Below, one piece after another: positions 42,228-52,720 of a DNA stretch of 64,000 nucleotides (within the stretch, counting starts at the first letter, position 1; each line of letters begins with the position of its first letter). The notes under the pieces are model-generated. The model was not told the DNA's origin, searched no databases, and saw only the letters and a program-made list of their open reading frames with translations. Origin of the DNA: Chlamydiales bacterium (GTDB taxonomy: Bacteria > Chlamydiota > Chlamydiia > Chlamydiales > SM23-39); NCBI GenBank assembly GCA_028278035.1, contig JANQFC010000027.1, positions 214,016-278,015 on the forward strand, given 5' to 3'. The translations under genes were made by a program, and so were the position numbers.

Positions 42228-45011
42228 ATGAGAGATTTATTTAGAAGGGTTTTTGGAATCTTCCCCGGGGAAGGAAAAAATGTAGCTAGATTTTTAAGGC
42301 TTGCTATTGTTTGGGCTATCGGTAGTTGTATTGCTGAAACTTTGGCTATGGGCCTGTTTACAGAAAAAATCGGGGCTAAATTTTTGCCGGAGACCTACGT
42401 CATAACATCTTTGGTTATGATGAGCGTCTCGTGTTTATATGTATACTTTCTAAGATTTACCACCCCATACAAGATCATGAAAACGACCATGCTGGTAGCA
42501 GCTATAATCTATTCAAGTATTTCTATTACATTTTTCACTACCCCCCCTAAATGGTTTTGGTATTTCCTTCAAATATTTTCTCATTCCTTCGGATCCGCCT
42601 TGATCGCCTGTTACTGGATATTTTTAGACCAATATCATGATCTGCAAGATGCCAAGAGAATATACGGCGTATATAATGCAGCTTATTTTCTAGGATACAC
42701 TATTTCGGGTACTTTAATCAATTTGACTTATCACCGGGTAGGCCCCAAAGTATTATTTGCAATAGTCGTCGTTACCATGGCCCATTCAATAATGGAAGCA
42801 AAACACATATCTAAAAAAGTACCAGCTATGGATGATGACGGGAATGAAGATATTTTTGCAGGAAGCAAAAAAAGATTTATTACTATAATTAAAGAATTTA
42901 TAAGATCTCCTTTTGCTCTTTCCTTAGTAGCAATGAGTTTAATTATTCAGCTTTTAAGAACGAGCACAGAATACAGTTACATGGAAACCTTTGAAAAGAT
43001 TTTTAAAGCAGGCACTTCCGAGATTTTAAAAAATACTACTATCCCCGAATTTTTAGGTAAATGCAAAGCATATATTTCTGCAGCAAATATTATTATCGGT
43101 ATGTTCTTTTATAGAAATTTCATTAGAAGGGTAGGCCTTGGAAACATGATCCTTTTGCCTCCAATTTATTTTCTGTTTTTGTATTTCAATTGGACTATCT
43201 ACGACACTTTATTGATTGCAGTTTTCGGAGTTATTGCAGTAGAAGGGATATTGTTTACTTTGGAAGATAATAATTTTAACCTTTTAATCAATGCCGCTCC
43301 CGCTAAATTAAAAACTCCTTTAAGAATTATAAATGACGCTTTTTTCGAACCTGTAGGAATGCTTTTCAGCGCAATATTTTTGTTATTTTTAAAATCCAAA
43401 AACTATTGGTTTGGAATTAGCCTGTCTTCTATATTTTTAATATTATCTTTTATAGTAAAACACCTATACCCAAAATCCATATATTTATCCTTAAAACACA
43501 ATACCCTTCATTTTGAAAGAAAAACAAAAGACTGGATAAGTAGACTCTCAAAAAAAGAAAAAATTGAAAATGAAGAAAACCTTTTTGATATATTAAAAAC
43601 TAACGATGAAAACACAAAGCTTTTAGCATGCAAGACTCTTTTTTTGTTCAATGACAAAAAAGCTATCACGCATATCATTAAATGTATAGACAATCTATCG
43701 CATATAGGAAAAATCAAAGCTCTAGAGTTTTTAGAAGAATGTTTGTTTTCAGACCACATCAAAATAATAGAAATGATCAAAAGCTGGGTTAAATTTTCTG
43801 AAGATACAAATTTAGTCAAAAACGCTAAATTCTATTTAGCTAAAAAAGGCTTTCTATCTTTTAAAAATGTTATGAAATATTTAAACAGCGAAGACTTATT
43901 GTTAAGAGCCAGCGCTATTATAGCATTAAAACAATCTAACGAAAAAACAAATCCCAAAGAAACCATAATCAATAATGCCATCGCTGAAAAAGAAACTCAG
44001 CTGCTTTTTAAACGCAATAATATAAATGAAATATTAATTGGCCTAGATATTTTATATTATGACAAGTCCACCGCTGCAAAAGATTTAGTAATCAGATATC
44101 TAACAGATACAAATCTTACTCTTAAAAGAAAAGCAAGCTACACCCTTTTAAAAACAGCTGATGAAAGCTACATTCAATACTATAAAACTATTATCAACGA
44201 GATAAAACATTCCAGTGATAATATTTTCAGCTTAAACTGCATTAAAGCATTGGCGCAAATTAATAACGCTTCTATTATTAAAGATCTTATAGATTTAGCC
44301 CCAATATTCAGACCTAACGAAAAAAGAGCAGCAGAAGATGTTATAATACAAACTGGTTTTAAAGCAGTACCAATTTTAATATCTATAATTCAAAACAGTC
44401 ATATAAATGAAAGATCTAGAATATTAGCTTGCAAAGCTCTTTCTTTTTTATCTATTACCAAATTGAAATCTGTTTTAATAGATACATTAAATACAGAAAT
44501 ACAAAGAGCTTATTTTTATTTTTATTATTCCCAAACTATACAAAAGCAATATCCACTTTATGATTTAAAAATACTCAAAAGTGCTCTTTATAGAAGTTAT
44601 CAGGCCATAATTGATTTCATAATACATCTCTTGGGATCAGCATCCCTGATTGAAGATCCAGACCTTTTAGTAAAATCCCTACACCATAAAAATGAAAAGA
44701 CTCATGCCCATGCTATTGAAACTCTTGAAAAAACAATCGATTATAAAATGTTTTTAAAAATCAATCCTTTGATAGACGACAGACCTTTAGAATGCAAAAT
44801 TAAAGAAGCTGCACAATATATAGAAAGTAAATTAACTCTTCACCAATTATTAGACCACTTGGAAGATTCTAACATATTATTTGATAAAATCATTGCCTCT
44901 CACTTAAAAGCTAAATGGCAGGTACCTGACTGGAAACAATCTTTATTAGAACAAATAAAAAAATCAGATGAATCTTATAACAAATTTGCATATGAGCTGT
45001 TAAAAACATGA
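42228..45011 (+). CDS. Npt/TLC-like MFS membrane domain fused to HEAT repeats (CT234-like)
   Basis: About 12 TM N-terminal domain (FGI.PGEG, QDAKRIYG), helical HEAT-like C-terminal half, HAIETLE. Confidence 0.8.
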   Translation: MRDLFRRVFGIFPGEGKNVARFLRLAIVWAIGSCIAETLAMGLFTEKIGAKFLPETYVITSLVMMSVSCLYVYFLRFTTPYKIMKTTMLVAAIIYSSISITFFTTPPKWFWYFLQIFSHSFGSALIACYWIFLDQYHDLQDAKRIYGVYNAAYFLGYTISGTLINLTYHRVGPKVLFAIVVVTMAHSIMEAKHISKKVPAMDDDGNEDIFAGSKKRFITIIKEFIRSPFALSLVAMSLIIQLLRTSTEYSYMETFEKIFKAGTSEILKNTTIPEFLGKCKAYISAANIIIGMFFYRNFIRRVGLGNMILLPPIYFLFLYFNWTIYDTLLIAVFGVIAVEGILFTLEDNNFNLLINAAPAKLKTPLRIINDAFFEPVGMLFSAIFLLFLKSKNYWFGISLSSIFLILSFIVKHLYPKSIYLSLKHNTLHFERKTKDWISRLSKKEKIENEENLFDILKTNDENTKLLACKTLFLFNDKKAITHIIKCIDNLSHIGKIKALEFLEECLFSDHIKIIEMIKSWVKFSEDTNLVKNAKFYLAKKGFLSFKNVMKYLNSEDLLLRASAIIALKQSNEKTNPKETIINNAIAEKETQLLFKRNNINEILIGLDILYYDKSTAAKDLVIRYLTDTNLTLKRKASYTLLKTADESYIQYYKTIINEIKHSSDNIFSLNCIKALAQINNASIIKDLIDLAPIFRPNEKRAAEDVIIQTGFKAVPILISIIQNSHINERSRILACKALSFLSITKLKSVLIDTLNTEIQRAYFYFYYSQTIQKQYPLYDLKILKSALYRSYQAIIDFIIHLLGSASLIEDPDLLVKSLHHKNEKTHAHAIETLEKTIDYKMFLKINPLIDDRPLECKIKEAAQYIESKLTLHQLLDHLEDSNILFDKIIASHLKAKWQVPDWKQSLLEQIKKSDESYNKFAYELLKT

Positions 45012-45424
45012 AAGAATTAACATTAATTGAAAAAGCATTTTTTTTAAAAAACATATCATTATTTAATGATCTTGATTTAGATCTCCTGGTTACTATTGCT
45101 GATAAAATGCAGCAGGATATCTATGACAAAAATGAAAAGGTCTTTGAGATCAAGCAAATAGCCAACAGACTCTTTTTTATAGCAAGAGGATCTGTAAATA
45201 TTTTAGATCAAAGTAATAAAGTAATAGCATCTTTAGAAAAAAATTCTTTTTTTGGAGATGAGTCTATTTTTAATAATAATCCCAGAAGTTATTCTGTTGT
45301 TTGCTCTGACGACTCGTTGTTCTTAACCCTAACCAAAACTAATTTGTACAATATTATATCTGAATGTCCAAGTGTCGGAATTGCTTTTATTGAATTGTAT
45401 TCTAAATTTATCAATTATAAATAA
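45008..45424 (+). CDS. Cyclic-nucleotide-binding domain protein (CT235-like)
   Basis: LFFIARGSV, FFGDES, PRSYSV; ATGA overlap with the upstream gene. Confidence 0.88.
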   Translation: MKELTLIEKAFFLKNISLFNDLDLDLLVTIADKMQQDIYDKNEKVFEIKQIANRLFFIARGSVNILDQSNKVIASLEKNSFFGDESIFNNNPRSYSVVCSDDSLFLTLTKTNLYNIISECPSVGIAFIELYSKFINYK

Positions 45425-45452
45425 AACAAGCTAACTGAATTTCTTTTTGTTA

Positions 45453-46411
45453 TTATCCTCGAGCTCCTCTAGCGCTTTTTAATACATCAAACGCATCTTT
45501 ATTTTCTAATTTATCAGCTAAAGACAATGGAGTCGCGCCCCATTTAGTTTCAGCATCAATATCTGACTGAGCCCCGTTTTCTAATAATAGCTCTATTGCA
45601 GCTCTATTTCCTGATCTAGCAGTTAAGTGCAATCAGTTAAGTGCAATGGAGTTTTTCCACTCTTATCTCTAGCATTAATATCAGCCCCTCTTTCTAATAA
45701 TAGCTCTATTGCAGCTCTATTTCCTGAAAAAGCAGCGTAGTGCAATGGAGTCCGGTCTTCATTATCTCTAGCATTAATATCTCCCTGACCCCCTCTTTCT
45801 AATAATAACTCTATTGCATCCCTATTTCCTGATTTAGCAGCTAAGTGCAATGGAGTTTTTCCACTCTTATCTCTAGCATTAATATCAGCTCCTCTTTTTA
45901 ATAATAGCTCTATTGCATCCCTATTTCCTGAAAGGGCAGCGAAGTGCAATGGAGTTACCCTATTCCTATCTCTAGCATTAATATCTCCCTGAGCCCCTCT
46001 TTTTAATAATAGCTCTATTGCAGCCCTATTTCCTGATTTAGCAGCTAAGTGCAATGGAGTTGAGCCCAAAAGACTTCTAATCTTAATATCAGCTCCTCTT
46101 TCTAATAATAACTCTATTGCAGTTCTATTTCCTGATTTAGCAGCTAAGTGCAATGGAGTAACATCCAAACGCATAGCATTAACATCTTTTTGTTTATTTA
46201 TTAAAAGGCTAACTACTCTCCAATCTTTTTTTTGTAAAGCTTCATGCAATGGATATTTATTTTTGGGATTTAAATATTTACCTATTTTTTTAACTCTTTC
46301 TTGTATCAATGAGGGTATACAGGCTGTAGTTGTGGGATCCATAAAAAGTTTGTTATTAATTATTACGACCGAAGCTAACACTTCTAAACTTGATGGTTTT
46401 AAAGCTGACAT
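45453..46411 (-). pseudogene. Ankyrin-repeat protein truncated by a 14-bp duplication (intact ORF 45623-46411)
   Basis: TPLHLAAKSGN..AIELLL.RGA repeats; the repeats continue out of frame beyond the stop to 45453. Confidence 0.8.
45526..46160 (-). repeat. Coding tandem repeat with alternating 99/105-bp ankyrin units (about 204-bp super-repeat x3)
   Basis: Near-identical DNA units (AGTGCAATGGAGT...CTCTATTGCA...CTATTTCCTGA) recur through the region. Confidence 0.85.
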
Positions 46412-46534
46412 ATTAGTATTCCTTCTCTTTTTATTTATTTAATATTTTAAACAATATGAGTATGACATAATAACAATTATTTTTATAGAATAAAAAAAAT
46501 AACATAAATAACTAACTATAAGAAATTTAGATAT

Positions 46535-46559
46535 AAAGCCGGCGATAAACCGGCTTTTT
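46535..46559 (-). terminator. Intrinsic terminator after acpP
   Basis: AAAGCCGG-N7-CCGGCTTT hairpin just past the acpP stop. Confidence 0.8.
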
Positions 46560-46568
46560 CAATAAATA

Positions 46569-46811
46569 TTAAGAATTTTCTTTTTGTTTAGACTCAATGT
46601 AAGTAATTACATCTTTTACAGTTTTAAGCTTCTCAGCATCTTCTTCTGATATTTCAAACCCGAATCTTTCTTCAAATGTCATTATTAGCTCTGTTAGATC
46701 CAATGAATCTGCATTCAAATCTTCAACAAATGATTTTTCGGGTGTTACATCAGCAGCATCTACTCCAAGCTGCTCAACTATTATATCTATCACTTCCTTT
46801 TCTAATGACAT
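46569..46811 (-). CDS. acpP: Acyl carrier protein
   Basis: DLNADSLD phosphopantetheine site. Confidence 0.97.
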   Translation of the reverse strand: MSLEKEVIDIIVEQLGVDAADVTPEKSFVEDLNADSLDLTELIMTFEERFGFEISEEDAEKLKTVKDVITYIESKQKENS

Positions 46812-46840
46812 ATATCCTCACGATTGTTTTATTTTAAAGT

Positions 46841-47590
46841 TTACATTACCATTCCACCATCAACAGTGATAACTTGTCCTGTGATATAATTAGACATATC
46901 ACTTGCTAAAAATATAGCAATATTTGCTATGTCTTTAGGCTCTCCTAATTTGCCTAATGGAATCCTGTTTAATAATCCTTCTTTTACCTTCTCCGGCAAA
47001 ACGTCGGTCATTTTTGTTTTAATAAATCCGGGAGCAATTGCATTTACACATATATTTTTCTTAGCCAGCTCTTTAGCCAAAGATTTAGTAAATCCTATCA
47101 TTCCTGCCTTTGACGCTGCATAATTTGCCTGTCCTGCATTTCCGATAAGTCCCACTACAGAACTAATGTTAATTATCTTTCCAGATCTCACTTTCATCAT
47201 CGGTCTTGCCAATGCTTTACTAGTATTATAAATGGATTTTAAATTTACATCAATAACTCTATCCCAATCTTCCTCCGTCATTCTAAGTAATAGATTATCT
47301 TTTGTAATACCAGCGTTATTAATTAATATATCAATATTTTGAAACTCTTTTACAATTTCTTCTACTGCAGAATTTACTTGTGAAAAATTAGAAACGTCTA
47401 CTTTTTTAACTAATATTTTTTGATTTTGATCAATTTTTAAATCTTCCAGTTCTTTTAAAGTCGTTTCTATTCTTTCAGGGTTAGTGCCGAAAATTGCAAC
47501 ATCTGCCCCATTTTTAACAAACTCTTTTGCTATTTCTTTTCCAATACCGGCAGTTGCTCCTGTTATAATTGCTTTTTTATTTTTAAGCAT
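46841..47590 (-). CDS. fabG: 3-oxoacyl-ACP reductase
   Basis: TGATAGIG, NNAGITKD, YAASKAG; fab operon. Confidence 0.96.
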   Translation of the reverse strand: MLKNKKAIITGATAGIGKEIAKEFVKNGADVAIFGTNPERIETTLKELEDLKIDQNQKILVKKVDVSNFSQVNSAVEEIVKEFQNIDILINNAGITKDNLLLRMTEEDWDRVIDVNLKSIYNTSKALARPMMKVRSGKIINISSVVGLIGNAGQANYAASKAGMIGFTKSLAKELAKKNICVNAIAPGFIKTKMTDVLPEKVKEGLLNRIPLGKLGEPKDIANIAIFLASDMSNYITGQVITVDGGMVM

Positions 47591-48512
47591 AATTTTCTCC
47601 GTCTAGTAATTTTAAATCAGATACTTTTTCTACAGAAATAGTTTTTTTGTCTTTAGCATTTTTTTTGTTCATATTTGTAAGAGTTTTACCACAACCTATT
47701 TCAATAAATAATTCAATACCGTTTTCTATCATTTTTTCTATAGAACTTTTCCATTGAACCGAACTTGTAATTTGATTTGTCATAAGCTGTTTAATTTTAT
47801 TCACATCTTTTTCTATATCTGCTATTGCATTCATAATAATATCTATATCTGTTGATTTAACATCAATATTTGCAATATCATTTTTTATCTTGTCTTCGGC
47901 TTCCTGCATCAATGGTGAATGAAAAGCTCCCTGCACGACCAAGGGTATTACCTTGGCACCCTTTTCTTTTAATTGAATAGAGGCTTCTTCTACAGCTTTT
48001 TTCTTGCCTGATATTACAATTTGTCCTTGAGTATTAAAATTAGCGGCCCAAACATCATCAATATTATTTATAGTATTTAAAACATCTTCATCTGATAGTT
48101 TTAAAACAGCGGACATTGTACCGCTAGTTTTTTCACACGCCTCATCCATATATTTCGCTCTTTTCTGAATAAGCAAAAGAGCATCTTTAAAAGATAATTT
48201 CTCAGATGCGACTAAAGCTGCATATTCTCCCAAACTTAACCCAGCGCAAATGCTTGGCTGTAAATTTTGATACGATTCTTCTATGGCTTTTAAAATAGCC
48301 ATGCTATTGACAAAAACAGCTAGCTGACAATTTTGGGTCAAAGTAAGTTTTTCTTTTGGCCCATTAAATATAATATCAGATAATTTATATCCCAAAATTT
48401 CATCGGCCTCTAAAAATACTTTTTTAGAAACTTCGAAATTATAGAAAAAATCTTTTCCCATGCCTATATATTGAGATCCCTGTCCGGGAAAAATAAAAGC
48501 TATTTTTTTCAT
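47583..48512 (-). CDS. fabD: Malonyl-CoA:ACP transacylase
   Basis: FPGQGSQ, GLSLGEY, AFHS. Confidence 0.96.
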   Translation of the reverse strand: MKKIAFIFPGQGSQYIGMGKDFFYNFEVSKKVFLEADEILGYKLSDIIFNGPKEKLTLTQNCQLAVFVNSMAILKAIEESYQNLQPSICAGLSLGEYAALVASEKLSFKDALLLIQKRAKYMDEACEKTSGTMSAVLKLSDEDVLNTINNIDDVWAANFNTQGQIVISGKKKAVEEASIQLKEKGAKVIPLVVQGAFHSPLMQEAEDKIKNDIANIDVKSTDIDIIMNAIADIEKDVNKIKQLMTNQITSSVQWKSSIEKMIENGIELFIEIGCGKTLTNMNKKNAKDKKTISVEKVSDLKLLDGENYA

Positions 48513-49513
48513 TCTTGACCCATGTCATTTTTTAAGATAGCGCCACCCCAAGTAAAGCCCGCTCCGAATACTGTCATCAATACATTTTCTTTATCTTTTA
48601 TTTTGTTTTCTTTCCTCAAAAGATCTAATGCTATACCAACAGATGAGGCTGAGGTATTACCAAATTTATGAACTACTTCTTTATAGACTTTTTCCTGAGG
48701 AAGATGCTCAAATCTTTTAGCTATTGCATCTATTATTCTTTCATTAGCTTGGTGAGGGATTAACCAATCAACATCTTTTTCATGAAGGTTCGCTTTTTTC
48801 AAACATTTTTTTGTAGCTTCTTCCATTCTTCTTACCGCATGTTTGAATACTTCCCTTCCACCCATTTTTAAATAATGCATTTTCTTATCTAGAGTTTCTT
48901 GAGAAGCCGGATGCTTGGATCCTCCGGCAGGTAATATTAAAAGATCAAAAGCTGATCCGTCCGAACCTAAAACTACGCTTTCTATTTCTAAGCCTTTTTT
49001 ATTATCTAAACTAACTACACAAGCAGCGGCTGCATCACCAAACAGTACGCAAGTTGATCTGTCGGTATAATCTACAATCGAAGATAATTTTTCTGAGGCT
49101 ACAATTAACACATTTTTATAGGTACAACTTTCTACTAACGGCTTTACTATTGAAAGGGCATAAACATATCCCGAGCATGCTGCCTGAATATCCATAGCCG
49201 CCGCATTTTTTAATTTTAGTTTATCTTGGATAATACATGCGGTTGACGGAAAAACATAATCTGGAGTTAAAGTCGCAACTAACACCAAATCAATATCTTT
49301 TTCTGACACTTTCGCATCTTTAATTGCATTTTTAGCTGCATGGTATGCCATGTCCGATGTGTATTCATCTTTTGCGGCAATCCTTCTTTCTTTAATACCT
49401 GTTCTGGACGTTATCCATTCATCCGATGTTTCAACCATATTTTCCAAATCTTTATTTGTTAACACTTTTTTTGGAAAATATGTACCTGTACCTATTATTT
49501 TTGCTTTTTTCAC
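48509..49513 (-). CDS. fabH: Beta-ketoacyl-ACP synthase III
   Basis: AACSG, PHQAN, GNTS; GTG start. Confidence 0.96.
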   Translation of the reverse strand: MKKAKIIGTGTYFPKKVLTNKDLENMVETSDEWITSRTGIKERRIAAKDEYTSDMAYHAAKNAIKDAKVSEKDIDLVLVATLTPDYVFPSTACIIQDKLKLKNAAAMDIQAACSGYVYALSIVKPLVESCTYKNVLIVASEKLSSIVDYTDRSTCVLFGDAAAACVVSLDNKKGLEIESVVLGSDGSAFDLLILPAGGSKHPASQETLDKKMHYLKMGGREVFKHAVRRMEEATKKCLKKANLHEKDVDWLIPHQANERIIDAIAKRFEHLPQEKVYKEVVHKFGNTSASSVGIALDLLRKENKIKDKENVLMTVFGAGFTWGGAILKNDMGQE

Positions 49514-49696
49514 TGTATATAAAGCCTTGTTTTAAAAAATGTTATGCACACTATTCTACTTAAAAATCAGCTAAAAGAAAAGAAAAAACACAGGTTATCA
49601 TCATAAAAACAAAATTTTATTTTTATATTTCTTAGCTTCTTAATAATTAGCGATTTTGTTATATTTTAGAATAAAAATTAAACTAAAATATTTATT

Positions 49697-50281
49697 ATGT
49701 ACCCTCAGCATTTAGTTAAATTAATTGCATTTTTAAAAAAACTGCCGGGCATCGGGAGCAAAACAGCCGAAAGATTCGCCTTCCATTTAATTAAATGGAA
49801 AAAAGAGGAACTTTGTGATTTTTCTAAAATCTTGGCTGAAGTTAAAAATAAAATTTTAACTTGTCAGACTTGTGGCTGTTTACTTAATGATGAAAAATGC
49901 AGTTACTGTGATACCAATAAAAGAAAAGCCAACTCTATATGCATAGTCTCTTCTTTTAAAGATGTCTTTGCAATAGAACAAACCCAAAGTTACAAAGGTT
50001 TATATCACGTGATTGACAACCTTTTATCGCCTATTGATGGCAAGGAATTAAACTTAGATAAATTAACAAATAGAATTAAAACAAATGAAATTAATGAAAT
50101 GGTAATTGCCTTAGATTCAACTTTAGAAGGAGATACCACTGCATTATATATTAAGGAAAAACTTGATGATTTTAACTTAAATATTTCAAGATTGGCATTT
50201 GGAATGCCTATAGGCAGCAGTTTAGAATATATAGACAAAAGCACCTTGACACAAGCTTTTGTCGGCAGACAAACTTTCTAG
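49697..50281 (+). CDS. recR: Recombination protein RecR
   Basis: LPGIGSKTAER HhH, C4 zinc finger, Toprim STLEGDTT. Confidence 0.95.
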   Translation: MYPQHLVKLIAFLKKLPGIGSKTAERFAFHLIKWKKEELCDFSKILAEVKNKILTCQTCGCLLNDEKCSYCDTNKRKANSICIVSSFKDVFAIEQTQSYKGLYHVIDNLLSPIDGKELNLDKLTNRIKTNEINEMVIALDSTLEGDTTALYIKEKLDDFNLNISRLAFGMPIGSSLEYIDKSTLTQAFVGRQTF

Positions 50282-50286
50282 GTCGG

Positions 50287-50316
50287 TTGCTTTTTTTATT
50301 TGAATTATCCTATAAT
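50287..50316 (+). promoter_or_regulatory. Putative sigma66 promoter of bamA-skp-lpxD
   Basis: TTGCTT-N18-TATAAT. Confidence 0.6.
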
Positions 50317-50355
50317 GAATAGCTAACTTAAATAATAAAAGGAAAAATAATTTCA

Positions 50356-52704
50356 ATGAGAAAAATATGTTTTTTTTTAATATCTTTATTCACTGTAAAT
50401 CTTCTACTTGCAGATATTTCTTATGAAAATAAAACTGTGGCTGACATAAAAATTACAATTGAAAATCCAGAACCCGGTTCTTCTTTTGATGCTAAAAGTA
50501 TTTTATCTCGTTTAAAAACCCAAAAAGGAAATATTTTTTCTCAGGTTGATTTTGATAGGGATTTAAAAAATTTATCAGAAGATTTCAGTAAAATTCAACC
50601 ATCTGTAGATCTTGAAAATGATCAGATATATATCTGCATAAAACTTTGGCTAAAACCTATTTTAAGACAAATCGAATGGCATGGGAACGAAAAATTTTCC
50701 AATAAAAAATTATCTAAAGAACTAGATGTTAAATTAAATGAACCTTTTAATCAGCAAACCTTTAATAAGGGAATAAATAAAGTAAAAGAATTCTATATTA
50801 AAAAAGGCTATTTCGAATCTCAAGTATCCTATAAGATATCAAATATCACACCCAATGAAATCAACGTTGATATCTTTGTAAAAGAAGGAAAGTCCGGTAA
50901 AATTAAAAAAATTGTTTTTAAGGGATTTACCAAAAAAGAAAAAGCAGAGCTCTTGAGTGATATCTATACTAAAAAATACAACCTACTGACTAGCTGGCTG
51001 TCAGGTACCGGAACATACAGGGAAGAAGTTTTAGAGCAAGACAAGGTAGGTATAATTAATTTTCTGCAAAACAAAGGTTATGCAGATGCCAAAGTTGATA
51101 TTAATGTTATAGAAGACAAAGATTCCGATAAAATCATAATTGAAATTACAGCTCACAGAGGCACCTTGTACAGATTTGGTAAGATCACATATGAAGGTAA
51201 TGAAATATTATCAGATGAAGAAGTTTTGAGAAACTTTATTATTTATCCGGATGATCCTTTTTCCCCTGAAAAAATCAGACAGACTGCCCAATATATAAAA
51301 GACGCATACGGAGCAAAAGGATATGCGGAAACCCAGGTATATTATGAAACCACTCTAATGGAAAATGAGCCTATATATAATGTGAAATTTTACATCGAAG
51401 AAGGTGAAGTTTATAAAATTGGATTGATAAAAGTGTTCGGCAATAAATCTACTACTACAAATGTTATATTAAGAGAATCTACTCTAGTTCCCGGCGAACA
51501 ATTTGACTGCAGAAAATTAAAGTCTACTCAAGCAAGACTTGAAAGGCTCGGTTATTTCAAAAGCGTAAATGTCTACGCCGTACCTTCTACCGATTCATCT
51601 TTAGGGCCCAATTATAAGGATATACACATTGAAGTAGAAGAGACTTCCACCGGCAATGTAAGTTTAGCCTTCGGTTTAAGTTCATCTGACAGTATTAACG
51701 GTACTTTGGATTTAACAGAAAACAATTTTGATCACAGAGGTATATTCAATGTCTGGTCAGAAGGACCTTCCGCTTTTAAAGGTGCAGGAGAATATGCGCA
51801 GTTAAAAGGAACTGTTGGTAAAAAACAAAAGAACTATGGGATAACCTGGATGACTCCATATTTTAAAGATTCTTTATGGAGAATCGGATTTGATGTTAAC
51901 GGAACACGAAGCAGACTTCAATCAAGAGATTATAAAGTACATACTTATGGTGGATCTATTTATGCATCATACCCAATTACAAATTTCTTAAGTTATGGAA
52001 TAAAATATAGAATCAGACATACCAACAATATTATTAGAAAAAATAAAACAGGTAAAGATAAAAAAATAGCTATCGAATCCGCAGAAGCAAACAATGAAGG
52101 ACTAATATCTGCAATTGGAAATTTCCTGACTTATGATTCAACAGACAATTCCTATAAGCCCCACAGAGGTTATCGATCTGCTTTAGAAGCAGAATATGTA
52201 GGAGTAGGTGGAAATTATGATTTTTTTAAATTCGCCTATTCCAATGCTTATTACTACCCAGCCTGGTCTAGAGGCACTATTAAATATCGGGCTGATTTTA
52301 AATTTATTGCAACAGTTCATACTTTAGCAGACCAAGAAGTGCCACTCAGTGAAAGATTTTTCTTAGGCGGTGTCCAGGATGTTCGCGGATATAAACCTTA
52401 TATCATCGGACCTAGAATGCCGGAAAAAGACGATCCTAAAGGTGGTGTATCTTCAATGCTTTTATCAATTGAATATTTACAAGAGATAATAAAGCCATTA
52501 GTTGATATATTCTTCTTTGTAGATGCTGGTTCTGTACAATTTAAAGAATTTACTATAGATAAAGTAAGAGCCAGCGCAGGAGTAGGATTACGTTTAGAAG
52601 TTATGCGCCGAGTTCCGATTATAGTTGGATGGGGTTACCCACTAAATGCAAAAAATCATGCTGATCAAGACCGCGTATTCTTCTCAATGGGAGGACAATT
52701 TTAA
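50356..52704 (+). CDS. bamA: Outer membrane protein assembly factor BamA/Omp85
   Basis: POTRA repeats (Y..KGY), VRGY motif, terminal F. Confidence 0.95.
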   Translation: MRKICFFLISLFTVNLLLADISYENKTVADIKITIENPEPGSSFDAKSILSRLKTQKGNIFSQVDFDRDLKNLSEDFSKIQPSVDLENDQIYICIKLWLKPILRQIEWHGNEKFSNKKLSKELDVKLNEPFNQQTFNKGINKVKEFYIKKGYFESQVSYKISNITPNEINVDIFVKEGKSGKIKKIVFKGFTKKEKAELLSDIYTKKYNLLTSWLSGTGTYREEVLEQDKVGIINFLQNKGYADAKVDINVIEDKDSDKIIIEITAHRGTLYRFGKITYEGNEILSDEEVLRNFIIYPDDPFSPEKIRQTAQYIKDAYGAKGYAETQVYYETTLMENEPIYNVKFYIEEGEVYKIGLIKVFGNKSTTTNVILRESTLVPGEQFDCRKLKSTQARLERLGYFKSVNVYAVPSTDSSLGPNYKDIHIEVEETSTGNVSLAFGLSSSDSINGTLDLTENNFDHRGIFNVWSEGPSAFKGAGEYAQLKGTVGKKQKNYGITWMTPYFKDSLWRIGFDVNGTRSRLQSRDYKVHTYGGSIYASYPITNFLSYGIKYRIRHTNNIIRKNKTGKDKKIAIESAEANNEGLISAIGNFLTYDSTDNSYKPHRGYRSALEAEYVGVGGNYDFFKFAYSNAYYYPAWSRGTIKYRADFKFIATVHTLADQEVPLSERFFLGGVQDVRGYKPYIIGPRMPEKDDPKGGVSSMLLSIEYLQEIIKPLVDIFFFVDAGSVQFKEFTIDKVRASAGVGLRLEVMRRVPIIVGWGYPLNAKNHADQDRVFFSMGGQF

Positions 52705-52720
52705 TTAAAAAGGAGCTATC

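Noticed and set aside
45526-46160. Regularly spaced DNA repeats resembling a CRISPR array
   Set aside because: The units are 99/105-bp in-frame ankyrin codons, with no unique spacers and no cas genes
49542-49550. TTATGCACA matching the DnaA-box consensus between fabH and recR
   Set aside because: Single isolated site; insufficient evidence for an origin or regulatory call
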